Positions 9,523 through 18,802 of a stretch of DNA of 64,000 nt are shown piece by piece. The position numbers and the translations under genes are program-made. Position 1 is the first letter of the stretch. The number at the start of each line of letters is the position of its first letter. Below the pieces are notes generated by a model. The model saw only the letters and a list, made by a program, of their open reading frames with translations. It did not search any database and had not been told where the DNA came from. This DNA comes from a virus: the IMG/VR virus record IMGVR_UViG_3300042892_002114, positions 1 to 64,000 of that record; one strand, given 5' to 3'.

Positions 9523-10311
9523 TTATTTCTTTGTTAAGCTAGACCAATCTTTTTGATCTGCTTTTGACTTTTCCAATTCATTTTGCTGTTTTTCTGGCAA
9601 CTTTGGATTGAAATTTATTCCAGTCTTGACTTCTATCTCTGATATGGATACAATATATTTATGAAGGTCTTCAACTGGCAGTGGAGCATTAGGAAACATA
9701 AAAGCAATAGCTTTATTTGACTTTGCATCTACAATAACTTTCCACATATAATCTGGAATACCAACTTTGTTATTACCAATTTCTTTGTATCCTTTGTTAT
9801 AAAATGTGCCAGTTATAACATATACATCTTTGCCTTCAATTACCCAGTTTCTGACAGCAGTTTCCAATTGTTTCCAAATTCCTCTATTATGATTTGGAAC
9901 TTGAGGAACCATATTAGAAAGAAAGAAACTTTCACTCATAACATCATCATTTTGAGTATTGTCTCCGGCAGGTACAAGATGACCACGATCAAATGGATTT
10001 CCAACATAATCAGATAATAATGATTGATGTTGTTTTGCTATTTCTGGATCTGGTCTAAAATCATCTTTACGTTTTGATTTTCCATTAATCTTTTCAAGTG
10101 TTGGATGTTCTACAACATACTCAGCTGTTTTGGTATCATAACGATAATGAATAGCATAATTCTTTTTGATTATATACTGAGTATCTTTTACAATTTTACT
10201 GATTGGTGCACCGTTCACAACAAATTGAGACGCCTTATCATCAATTGGATTGGCGACCAAAGCAGTAACCAATGTTAACAAACACAATGAATAGTAATAT
10301 ATTTTCTTCAT
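9523..10311 (-). CDS. DNA/RNA non-specific endonuclease (NucA/EndoG family) with predicted signal peptide
   Basis: FDRGHLVPA, SNMVPQ and NRGIWKQLE motifs; N-terminus MKKIYYYSLCLLTLVTALVA. Confidence 0.9.
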   Translation of the reverse strand: MKKIYYYSLCLLTLVTALVANPIDDKASQFVVNGAPISKIVKDTQYIIKKNYAIHYRYDTKTAEYVVEHPTLEKINGKSKRKDDFRPDPEIAKQHQSLLSDYVGNPFDRGHLVPAGDNTQNDDVMSESFFLSNMVPQVPNHNRGIWKQLETAVRNWVIEGKDVYVITGTFYNKGYKEIGNNKVGIPDYMWKVIVDAKSNKAIAFMFPNAPLPVEDLHKYIVSISEIEVKTGINFNPKLPEKQQNELEKSKADQKDWSSLTKK

Positions 10312-10353
10312 AAGCATGGTATAATATATATTATATATACGGTATAAGTTATG

Positions 10354-11877
10354 TTATGATATATTCATTTCGTATTTTAGATGACCACAATCCCATATAC
10401 GATCATATCTTAATTTTCTCATTATTTCTGGTTCTGTCATAGATTCTGGCAATCCATATTTTTTTACCAATTTTGATTTTGTAAAGTTGTAGCGGTGCAA
10501 TCTTGTTTTATATTTTTGCATATAAAAATAATTTGGTTTTGTTTCGGATACAAACTCAAATTTATTTTTCTCATATACATTATTTATTTTTGACGACCAT
10601 CTACGATCTGCATATGTGATAATCTTTTTTGGATTGTTAGTTTTTATAAAATGTGACAATAATTTACTAAATCCGCCGCGAACATTGTGTCCATTTAAAT
10701 TGCAGAATCTAACAAGTTCCCAAGTATCATTTTCATATTTTTTTATACCCAATGCTACTCTAGGTTTTGAAAACGTCATAACTGATACAAGCATGTTGCT
10801 GTCAAACAGCCCTATCATAGTGTTGGATTTATCATTTCCTTGTAGATGATTGATATTAAGAAACTCCGATTTTTGTTTACTGGATATATTTTCAATCTTT
10901 AAATCTCTGGCATTCAATTTTTTAATATATATTCCAAAGAGATTATTCAGTCTATTTTTCACTATAGTTGGTTTATCTCGCCACTCATCTTCAAATATTT
11001 GAATGAGTTTTATTCCATTTTTTTCTGACGTATTTGTTTTAAATAAATGATAATCTTTCATTCTTCCTCCCGCCATTTCTGAATGAAAATACAATCCGTT
11101 ATATTCAATACCTATCTTTTTATCTTCACAGTATATATCAAGTTCAATATTATGTAATATTTTTTTGGTATTATATAAAAACTTTGACTGCGGTGAAATG
11201 GTTAATAGATAATCGCGGATCTCTCGCTCGGCTTTTGACGAACTGTCAAATTCTATCTCAGATAAATTTTTAGAAAATTCTTTCTTTGTATTCTCTGAAA
11301 CCAATTCGCCATATTTTTCTTTATATTCTTCGCATGTTATATCATGCTTTTTTAAGTGTGAGTTTGTAATTTCTTTCAACTTTTCATCGCAAATTTTACA
11401 AGATATATGGTTGCCATCTGAATAATTTATATGATCAAACCTTGTTACTGAATTTTGAAATGTCTTCCAGAGTCTCTTATAATCTGGATATTCTTCTATA
11501 ACATTTGAAATTGTTTTATTGTGTGAAGATATGTGTCTAGTAAACACTCCGCTCACATTATTAAAATCTTTACTGGTCCAATCGCAATATGGGCAATTTA
11601 ATAATGGTTTAGCTTCAACAATCTCTGTATCAAAATGTTGAACATAATTTTCAACAGAAATTCCTTTCTTGATTAAATAACGAGTTATTATACCAGATTT
11701 GTTATTTATATCTTTTGTTTTCCAACCATCCAATTTGGATACAAGTATTTTTGTTTCATCGTTTTTCAATAATGATACTCTTCGGCAATTGTATGTTTTG
11801 TCCGAAAACTTACAAGTATTTGAACAATAATTTTTTTGCCGTTTCAATAATGGTTTGGTACATATAATGCAATTCAT
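10354..11877 (-). CDS. Hef-like homing endonuclease with N-terminal zinc-finger motifs
   Basis: CxxC motifs; ELDIY...IGIEYNGLYFHS...IQIFEDEW; FL..NHLQG; YADRRWS; IWDCG. Sits directly downstream of the capsid gene. Confidence 0.75.
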   Translation of the reverse strand: MNCIICTKPLLKRQKNYCSNTCKFSDKTYNCRRVSLLKNDETKILVSKLDGWKTKDINNKSGIITRYLIKKGISVENYVQHFDTEIVEAKPLLNCPYCDWTSKDFNNVSGVFTRHISSHNKTISNVIEEYPDYKRLWKTFQNSVTRFDHINYSDGNHISCKICDEKLKEITNSHLKKHDITCEEYKEKYGELVSENTKKEFSKNLSEIEFDSSSKAEREIRDYLLTISPQSKFLYNTKKILHNIELDIYCEDKKIGIEYNGLYFHSEMAGGRMKDYHLFKTNTSEKNGIKLIQIFEDEWRDKPTIVKNRLNNLFGIYIKKLNARDLKIENISSKQKSEFLNINHLQGNDKSNTMIGLFDSNMLVSVMTFSKPRVALGIKKYENDTWELVRFCNLNGHNVRGGFSKLLSHFIKTNNPKKIITYADRRWSSKINNVYEKNKFEFVSETKPNYFYMQKYKTRLHRYNFTKSKLVKKYGLPESMTEPEIMRKLRYDRIWDCGHLKYEMNIS

Positions 11878-11940
11878 ATTTTACTCCTTGATGTGGAATA
11901 ATTATTCACACAAACAGAAAAAACGCAAAATAAATAAACA

Positions 11941-11972
11941 AAAAAAGACCGCCCTTTCGGGCGGTCTTTTTT
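11941..11972 (-). terminator. Rho-independent (bidirectional-looking) terminator after the major capsid gene
   Basis: AAAAAA-GACCGCCC-TTTC-GGGCGGTC-TTTTTT; 8-bp GC-rich stem with a GAAA loop on the minus strand. Confidence 0.9.
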
Positions 11973-12000
11973 ATAAAATCTCTGTTTAAGAGATGAACTA

Positions 12001-13605
12001 TTATACTTCGTCCAAGTTGCCGATGACGATTTTGCCAAAAAACTCTGGTCTCAAAATCTTCTTGGCGTAGCGTGTCATTACGCCACGACGTGGAGTAAAG
12101 TTCACTGGATCATACACCAACGGTGTTTGAATCAGTGGGATATATGGAGCGTAAACAGCGCCGGTTTCTAGGAAGTTTGTTCCACGGAAACCTACCAACA
12201 TAACATTGTCTGTCATGTATGGGTTCTTGTATACTGTCCAACGGTTGCTTAGAGCGCCAACTTTGGCAACGCCCATTGCGAACTTGGCTTGGTCGCCGTC
12301 CGTGTTGGTGCTGAAGCCTGGGATGGATTCAATGATTGTAGCTACGTCTGGGGAGCAAACTAGGAAGTTTGCACCGCCACGCAGTGTCAATTGGTGAATC
12401 TTATTCGAGACCTTTTGGATCTTGTTGCCCAGTGTTTGGAACCATGTGCTCTTGACATATGCAGTGCGGTTAGCAGCTGTGTCTTGGAATCTTCCAACGG
12501 AAGCATTGTATTCACTACCAACGCGAGCTGACCAGTATTCAGTTGTAGCATCTGGAGCAGCTGTGACCAACATGTCCAAGATTTCCAAATCAATTTCCAT
12601 CGAAACGTATTCAGATAGAAGAGCGGTTAGCTCGGCTTCTGCGTCGATAGAGTGATATGCATTCAAGTCTTGAGCCAATTCTGGTGTCCAGACGGCTTTC
12701 AACTTACGGGTCTTGGCAACAATGGCTTCCGACTTCAACTCTAGGTTGACTTCTGGAATACCGATGTCGTTTGGTGTACCGGTGGTATTTGGCAATCCGG
12801 TTCCTTTGTCTTCGAAGTCGCCACGAGATGTTGGCTCTGGTTGATTGTGGTACGAAACGCCGAAGCTGTTTGCACCAGCTGCAATCGACGCAGATGTTAC
12901 GAAGGTTACGGTAGAACCGGATGTGGTTGTGAATCCTGGGTAGAAATCAACAATGCCAGAACCGCTGATGGTGAAGGCACGAACACCGGTGGTGTCAAAG
13001 CCTGTACCAGCTAGGTCAACTGTGACTTTGATGATTTGACCGTCTGCGACAGACGCTGAAAGTTCTGGAACGAACTTTGCATCCAGCCAAGAACCTGTGG
13101 CCAAAGAACCTGTTAGGCTGACGGCGGTGTCATTGATGGTGTAACCGAAACGACCTTGGCCATATAGACCATTGACGGCGGAATCAGTTGAACCATTCTT
13201 TGTGCCCGTACCACCGAACAACGATTGACCGTTGAAGGCTGGTTTACCGGCTTGGTTGGAACCATACTTGAAGTCCAGATAGAATACCAGACCGGAAGGA
13301 AGATTCATCGGTTGAACCGAGACGAATTCCTTGGCAGCGATTTCAGCGAAAACGCGGCGAACTAGTGGGAGAGCAACGCCAGCCCATTGTTCGGAATTAG
13401 CGGAGGTACCTGTGCGGGTAGCTTCGTCAATTAGTTGCTTTGCTTGATTTTCCAAAAGGATGGACATGTGCGACTTTTCGATGTCGCTTTTCATGCCTTC
13501 TAGAAGACCTGTTTTTTCCCATTTGGTCATTAGACCGCGTGTTTGAGACATTAGTTGAACCATTGGGTTCGATGTCTCGCTTAGTAGTGATTTGATGTCT
13601 GACAT
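12001..13605 (-). CDS. gp23: Major capsid protein, T4 gp23-like
   Basis: LPLVRRVF, VQPMNLPSGLVFY, AKTRKLKAVWTPELAQDL.AYH.IDAEAEL, YAPYIPL, P.RGVMTRY. Confidence 0.97.
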   Translation of the reverse strand: MSDIKSLLSETSNPMVQLMSQTRGLMTKWEKTGLLEGMKSDIEKSHMSILLENQAKQLIDEATRTGTSANSEQWAGVALPLVRRVFAEIAAKEFVSVQPMNLPSGLVFYLDFKYGSNQAGKPAFNGQSLFGGTGTKNGSTDSAVNGLYGQGRFGYTINDTAVSLTGSLATGSWLDAKFVPELSASVADGQIIKVTVDLAGTGFDTTGVRAFTISGSGIVDFYPGFTTTSGSTVTFVTSASIAAGANSFGVSYHNQPEPTSRGDFEDKGTGLPNTTGTPNDIGIPEVNLELKSEAIVAKTRKLKAVWTPELAQDLNAYHSIDAEAELTALLSEYVSMEIDLEILDMLVTAAPDATTEYWSARVGSEYNASVGRFQDTAANRTAYVKSTWFQTLGNKIQKVSNKIHQLTLRGGANFLVCSPDVATIIESIPGFSTNTDGDQAKFAMGVAKVGALSNRWTVYKNPYMTDNVMLVGFRGTNFLETGAVYAPYIPLIQTPLVYDPVNFTPRRGVMTRYAKKILRPEFFGKIVIGNLDEV

Positions 13606-13646
13606 AATAATTTCCTATATTTAGATGTTGATTGTTTTATACTTAC

Positions 13647-15080
13647 TTACTTACTGCGAATACCGGCCAATTTCTTAAAGCGGTTTGCCATTTCGGCTCC
13701 TTCTGTAAGAACAGCGGCTTTTGTCGGTCTGGTCGATGCAACTGGCTTGGAGGCGAGTCCTTCGGTGATGGATCTAACAGTTTGAGAAACAACCTTTTTA
13801 GTGGCTGGTGCTGCAACAACTGTCTTCTTTCCACCGAAATTAAATGATTCGGCCAACGTAGCGTAAACAAGCTTGGCTTCACGAACCGATTTCGTGAGGT
13901 CAAATGACTCGATTACTTTTAGTTTTTGCTCATTGTTTAGGCTGGCTTGTTTGAACAACTTGTTCGTGTACAACAGCTTGGCATTGAGCAGGTTAACTTC
14001 ATTGATGCGGTCCCGTAGATAAACGACTGCGCTACGGTATTCTGCTAGTTCCTTCTTCAACGAAATGTTTTCTTTGACGGTTTCTTTTTTCTCGTCTTCT
14101 TCGTCCTCAGATTCTTCATCTTCGGATTTTTCCGATTTACCAGCTTTTTTGGCTTGGTAAGCGGCTAGACCGGCTGGAAGTTTTCCTTCTTCGACGTTCT
14201 TTTCGTCGTCAGCGTCTTCGTCGTCCGTTTCGGAAAGAAGTTCATCAAGATTGATTTCTTCTTCTAGTCCTGTTTCGGAGGCTTCTGGAGCGTGGGCTTC
14301 TTCAGCTCCCATGCCGCCCATTTCATCCATTCCACCAACGTCATTCAGACCGTCTTCCAATTCTTTTAGGATTTCATCCAAAGAAGTTTCATCAACTTCT
14401 TCGTTTTCCTTCAAGGCTGCGGTATCATTGTCATATCCACCCTTGGATACTTCATTTCCTTGACCTTGTGGGTCATTGGTCTTGTGACCATTTGTGGTCT
14501 TGGTATAGTCAGAAGAAGCCTTGGCTGTTTTCTTGGCGGCTGATAAAGAACCCTTGGTTCCTCCGATTGCGGTTCCGACCGACTTCACCATCTTTTTACC
14601 CGGATCTTCTGTATTGTGACCCTTGGTGGTCTTCTTGTAATCACCAGAAGCCTTGTCGCCCTCGGCTATATAGTTGGTGTCGTCAAGTTCACCTTCTAGT
14701 TCATCTAGACCAGCTTCGTCACCAACGGGTGTGGATGACATCTCAGCGGATGGTTCTTCAACTGGGGCGTCCATAGCTGCATCTTGTGCGGCATCGGCGT
14801 GACCTTCTGGTGAGCCACCTGCTGCCATAGCTGCATCTTGTGCGGCATCAGCATGAACTTCACCACCACCCATATCGTCCATTGGCAATGGAGCTTCTGG
14901 TGCTGGAGCTGCGTCTGGTGAGATTTCTTCATCACCTGCAACTTCGGCACGTAGCTTTTCAGACAACATGCTTTGTAGTTTTGGAGCAAAGTGCTCTTCG
15001 AGAGCAGCTTTTGCGTTTGATAGAGCAGTGGCGCGAACGGCTTTAGCGTCTGCGATTGCTTGTTTTAATAGATCTGACAT
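13647..15080 (-). CDS. Prohead scaffold/core protein (gp22 analogue)
   Basis: Acidic, low-complexity middle and coiled-coil C-terminus; many (L/I)xE sites; directly upstream of the capsid gene. Confidence 0.75.
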   Translation of the reverse strand: MSDLLKQAIADAKAVRATALSNAKAALEEHFAPKLQSMLSEKLRAEVAGDEEISPDAAPAPEAPLPMDDMGGGEVHADAAQDAAMAAGGSPEGHADAAQDAAMDAPVEEPSAEMSSTPVGDEAGLDELEGELDDTNYIAEGDKASGDYKKTTKGHNTEDPGKKMVKSVGTAIGGTKGSLSAAKKTAKASSDYTKTTNGHKTNDPQGQGNEVSKGGYDNDTAALKENEEVDETSLDEILKELEDGLNDVGGMDEMGGMGAEEAHAPEASETGLEEEINLDELLSETDDEDADDEKNVEEGKLPAGLAAYQAKKAGKSEKSEDEESEDEEDEKKETVKENISLKKELAEYRSAVVYLRDRINEVNLLNAKLLYTNKLFKQASLNNEQKLKVIESFDLTKSVREAKLVYATLAESFNFGGKKTVVAAPATKKVVSQTVRSITEGLASKPVASTRPTKAAVLTEGAEMANRFKKLAGIRSK

Positions 15081-15179
15081 AATAGTTTATCCTTTTTGGT
15101 TGATGAAACTATTAGAGTTTCAAATTAAATTTTGAACTGCCTCGCACCAAATAATGATGCATTTTATAATAAATAAATA
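15081..15179 (-). promoter_or_regulatory. TATTTAT promoter motif plus structured ~90-nt leader of the scaffold-capsid operon
   Basis: TATTTAT at 15169-15179; hairpins at 15144-15160 and 15104-15122; AAAGGA shortly before the ATG. Confidence 0.5.
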
Positions 15180-15219
15180 TATACGTATTTACAAAAAACG
15201 TAAAAATATATAATATTTT

Positions 15220-15669
15220 TTACTTTTTCGCAATTTTGCTGATTGCTGGACCAGTACCTTCGTTCAAATCTTTGATTTCAAAATAACGACCCAATACATG
15301 TCCACCATCTTCATACAATGCTTCCATGCGTTGTTGAACTGTGTGTGCTTCTTTAGCAAGTTTGTTGAATTCTTCACTAACACGACGCAAATCTTTCATG
15401 TTGCGCGATACAGTGTTTTTATCAAACCAATCTTCACCAGTTTCACTGAGAGTAAATTTTTCAGCAGCTTCTGTAATCTTGCTTAATGTATGAGCAATTT
15501 CCATTAAATTACCTTCTGGTGGACGACGTAAAAGATTTCCATACTCATTATAACGACCAATTGCATCCAGAGCGGATTTCTTTTCTTCATTGGTCCATTC
15601 TTTTTGTTGATCATTATTGGTAGGTTGGTCAATACCTTCAATCAGAGGTCTTAGTTTAAGTATTTTCAT
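15220..15669 (-). CDS. Hypothetical head-cluster protein
   Basis: 149-aa helical ORF; N-terminus MKILKLRPLIE. Confidence 0.7.
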   Translation of the reverse strand: MKILKLRPLIEGIDQPTNNDQQKEWTNEEKKSALDAIGRYNEYGNLLRRPPEGNLMEIAHTLSKITEAAEKFTLSETGEDWFDKNTVSRNMKDLRRVSEEFNKLAKEAHTVQQRMEALYEDGGHVLGRYFEIKDLNEGTGPAISKIAKK

Positions 15670-15677
15670 AAAAATTA

Positions 15678-16406
15678 TTAGGCTTCTGATGTTTCTTCTG
15701 GTTGTTTGGTCGCCATTGTTTTCATGGACGACAATAGTTCTGGAAAACCAGGAATCACTCTATATGATGCAGTTTCTTCACTGAATGCATTGATGTCTTC
15801 TGGTGTAGTAATTTTTAGTTTTTGTACCATTTCACCAGCAAGTGCATCAATTGTATTAGTCTTGAAGGCATGATCCAGAATCTTTGATATTAAAAATTGT
15901 GTACCAGCATTTGAACCAAGTTTAATATAAGAATGTTTTTTGATTTCTTTTTCCGCTTGATCTTTTTCGGCTTTGGCTTTTTCTAGTTCTGCTTTTGCCT
16001 CGGCGGCGTCAGATTGTGCTTCTTCAGAATCTTCTTCTGCACCGGCACCTTCTTCATCGCCAAGTCCTGCGGTTGGGTCAGTACCAGCGTCTTCTTTACC
16101 ACCATCGGGCGGTGCACCAGCACCTGCATCTTTACCATCTTGTTTTGCTTTTGGTTCATTGGTTGGTTCTTCATCTGCTCCTCCCAGTGGCGGTAATCCG
16201 CCAGCATCTTTTTCTTCACCGGTATCATCCGCTGGCTTCTTTTTTTCGTCTGCTTCTTTTTTCAAAGTTTTCTTTGAAACTTTTTTATTTTTCTTGGCTT
16301 CTTCAAGAATATTCCAATCAACGCCTGTCATACGACCTTGAGTAGCTTTTTGAGATATACCAGAGATAAGTTGTTTTAGAAATGGATTTGTGATTTTGTT
16401 GCTCAT
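15678..16406 (-). CDS. Hypothetical acidic, low-complexity head-cluster protein
   Basis: Start moved to MSNKITNPF (ATG 16406), 6 nt after TATTTAT; Gly/Asp/Glu/Pro-rich middle. Confidence 0.7.
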   Translation of the reverse strand: MSNKITNPFLKQLISGISQKATQGRMTGVDWNILEEAKKNKKVSKKTLKKEADEKKKPADDTGEEKDAGGLPPLGGADEEPTNEPKAKQDGKDAGAGAPPDGGKEDAGTDPTAGLGDEEGAGAEEDSEEAQSDAAEAKAELEKAKAEKDQAEKEIKKHSYIKLGSNAGTQFLISKILDHAFKTNTIDALAGEMVQKLKITTPEDINAFSEETASYRVIPGFPELLSSMKTMATKQPEETSEA

Positions 16407-16447
16407 ATTGTTATAAATATATATCAATTTATGTAAATTGTGTAAAA

Positions 16448-17620
16448 TTAGTTTCTTGGTTCCCAATAACGACCTTTTCCAAATATTCTTTCAGCCGCAG
16501 AAACTGCACTAGTATAGTCTCTACCAATTTTATGTTTGATTCCCCATTTGCCACTTTTGAATTGAGTCAAACCATATTGCTTTGCAATTGATTCTTTACC
16601 AGACGGAACATTGAAGAATGTAATACCAGCCATCTTTGGTTTGTTGGAGTATTGTCCTTTTTCTTCTCTGTCTTCTTTGTCATATGCAGAACTGCCAAGT
16701 TTTTCTTCTTCACCTTCTTGCATATACAATTGATCGTCTTGAATTTTTTCATGAACCAATTCATTATTTTGAGCATCCAAATCTTCAATTTCTTTATCGC
16801 TGAGTGGTGTACCATCCATATAATTTGCAGCAGAAATATAAGCATCAGAAAAATCTGGATAATCTCTACGATCAACTCCGTCAATTTCAATTGATTTTTC
16901 ATCAACTTCTTTGCCATTTAGCATAAGAGGTGTTGATTTATTTTCTTTGATTATCTTCTTGGCGATGTTGGAAAGACTGCGACCTTCATATATTGGTGCA
17001 CCAAAATTATCATATCCAATTGGTCCACCATCACCTTCATCATCTCCATCTCCATATTTCTTTTCTAAAACAGCAACGACTTTATAGAACAAATTTTCTT
17101 GTTTTTTGTTTCCCATTGAATTCCAAAATGCTTGAAGCTTTTTGTTTTTTGGATCGTTTATGACAAATTCCTCGAAATCATCATAAGATATATTTTCTGG
17201 AGAATCTACATCAGCATAGTTCATCCAATCTTCTGCTTTTTTTGCAAGAGATTTTATCAACTTGGCTTCATTACCACCAGCAGGAGCCTTGGTTGGAGTT
17301 GCCGTTTTTGATGAAAGTTTGTAATTTAATGGAGTTGGTTGGTCGTCACCATAATAATCTGGGTCTGCTTTCAGTGCTTTATTATACAAATATGTTGACA
17401 CCATATCATGTATTTCATTCTTCTGCTTGCTGCTCAACTTGTTCCAAAAATTTAGAATCTTCTTGTTATTGGAATCTTCAATTGCAGATTGTAGACCGGA
17501 AATATCAATGTCGTGTGCAGCATCAAGACCAATCACATCTTGGTACTTGGTGGCTTCTCTGGCAAGATATTGCACAATTTTCTTGATTGCTGTTTCGTTT
17601 GGTATTGTTGCTTCGTTCAT
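16448..17620 (-). CDS. Hypothetical multi-module protein, possibly an internal head protein
   Basis: 390-aa ORF; internal ~75-aa duplication; modules separated by (I/L/M)xE sites. Confidence 0.65.
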   Translation of the reverse strand: MNEATIPNETAIKKIVQYLAREATKYQDVIGLDAAHDIDISGLQSAIEDSNNKKILNFWNKLSSKQKNEIHDMVSTYLYNKALKADPDYYGDDQPTPLNYKLSSKTATPTKAPAGGNEAKLIKSLAKKAEDWMNYADVDSPENISYDDFEEFVINDPKNKKLQAFWNSMGNKKQENLFYKVVAVLEKKYGDGDDEGDGGPIGYDNFGAPIYEGRSLSNIAKKIIKENKSTPLMLNGKEVDEKSIEIDGVDRRDYPDFSDAYISAANYMDGTPLSDKEIEDLDAQNNELVHEKIQDDQLYMQEGEEEKLGSSAYDKEDREEKGQYSNKPKMAGITFFNVPSGKESIAKQYGLTQFKSGKWGIKHKIGRDYTSAVSAAERIFGKGRYWEPRN

Positions 17621-17626
17621 AATTTT

Positions 17627-18253
17627 TTAACGGGTTTCTGAAAGAATATCACGAATGATATTTTCAATTTTTAGATATTTATTGATGTCTTTGCGATCTT
17701 GATTGCCGCCAATCAATTGTTTTTCACGATTGATGCCTTCGGCAAGATTCATATAAGCACCGCGTGTGCTTGGTGAAGATACAAGGTCAAAACACAATAG
17801 TTCAAAGTCATCTTGTACTTCAACAGTATTTTCATTCACATTGCGAACACTTCCCAAACCGCGACTACTAATACCAATACGAATATTGTTTCTAATCAAA
17901 TCTCTTGCAATATTACCACTTGGTGTAGTTAAAATTTCAATTGTACCAACCACAGTATCACCTTCCCAGTGACATTCTGTGACATTGTGGCATACATTCT
18001 TTAGATTGATGATACTGGATTCCGGATGATCAAGTTCACCCAGAGCGCGACGTTCTTTGATGATTTGTTGATATTTTTCAACTTCACGCTCTAATACTTC
18101 GCGTGGATATACACGACCATTATGATTCTTTTCACCGGCTTTTTGTAATGGACCTTTTAGAACCAATGGACCACCAGTATTTGCTTTTGCTTCTGTAAGC
18201 ATCTGCGGAGTGATATCAAATGGTATAAAATCTACTAATAGTTGTTTGCTCAT
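17627..18253 (-). CDS. gp21: Prohead core protease, T4 gp21-like
   Basis: KNHNGRVYP, ALGELDHP, GISSRGLGS, FDLVSSPST. Start placed at MSKQLL. Confidence 0.93.
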   Translation of the reverse strand: MSKQLLVDFIPFDITPQMLTEAKANTGGPLVLKGPLQKAGEKNHNGRVYPREVLEREVEKYQQIIKERRALGELDHPESSIINLKNVCHNVTECHWEGDTVVGTIEILTTPSGNIARDLIRNNIRIGISSRGLGSVRNVNENTVEVQDDFELLCFDLVSSPSTRGAYMNLAEGINREKQLIGGNQDRKDINKYLKIENIIRDILSETR

Positions 18254-18254
18254 A

Positions 18255-18797
18255 TTATTTACTTTGTATAATGTTTCGTTTAGAAGCAATACCCATAGTT
18301 TGTGGATATTGAATACCACCAACTTGACCACGAGTCAAACTTGCTGGAGCTTGTGATTTTGCTTGAGGAGCATCATTTACTTGTATCTGTGAATCATCCA
18401 GATAATATTCATTTTCTGATTCATTGCCTTCTTTGCCAGTAAATACAATATAATATTTGTCTTTCATATAACGAACTTCAATGTTATTGACCGCGAGGCT
18501 ATATTCTTTTTCAATTTGGCCAACACTACCTTTGGATGCTTTTACAATTACATTCTTTTTTAGAAATGATTTCTTTAGTTCATCGGCCAGTTTTTTTACA
18601 GCAGCATCTTCTTGTTTTTCCAATTCTGTCTTGAAGTTTTTGAACATATTAGAAATATCAATCATTTTGGCATTTGGTGTAGCAGGAGGCGTGACTGCAT
18701 TTGGCGCACGGCCCGGTGACATAGCACCCGCAGCAGATGGATTGTTGCCCCATGTGTCTTCTTTCAAAATCTTTTTAGCAATGTCTGTTAGATTCAT
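18255..18797 (-). CDS. Hypothetical head-cluster protein
   Basis: Likely start MNLTDIAKKILKE (ATG 18797), just after the previous gene's stop. Confidence 0.65.
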   Translation of the reverse strand: MNLTDIAKKILKEDTWGNNPSAAGAMSPGRAPNAVTPPATPNAKMIDISNMFKNFKTELEKQEDAAVKKLADELKKSFLKKNVIVKASKGSVGQIEKEYSLAVNNIEVRYMKDKYYIVFTGKEGNESENEYYLDDSQIQVNDAPQAKSQAPASLTRGQVGGIQYPQTMGIASKRNIIQSK

Positions 18798-18802
18798 AAA
18801 TT

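Noticed and set aside
13643-13903. 86-aa overlapping ORF at the scaffold 3' end as a possible frameshift product
   Set aside because: No clear slippery site or recognisable protein features; an open frame is expected by chance in this GC-richer region.
15973-16345. Several antisense ORFs over the acidic low-complexity gene
   Set aside because: They are stop-poor antisense shadows; the same applies to most short plus-strand ORFs in the track, e.g. 61372..61878 and 28431..28922.
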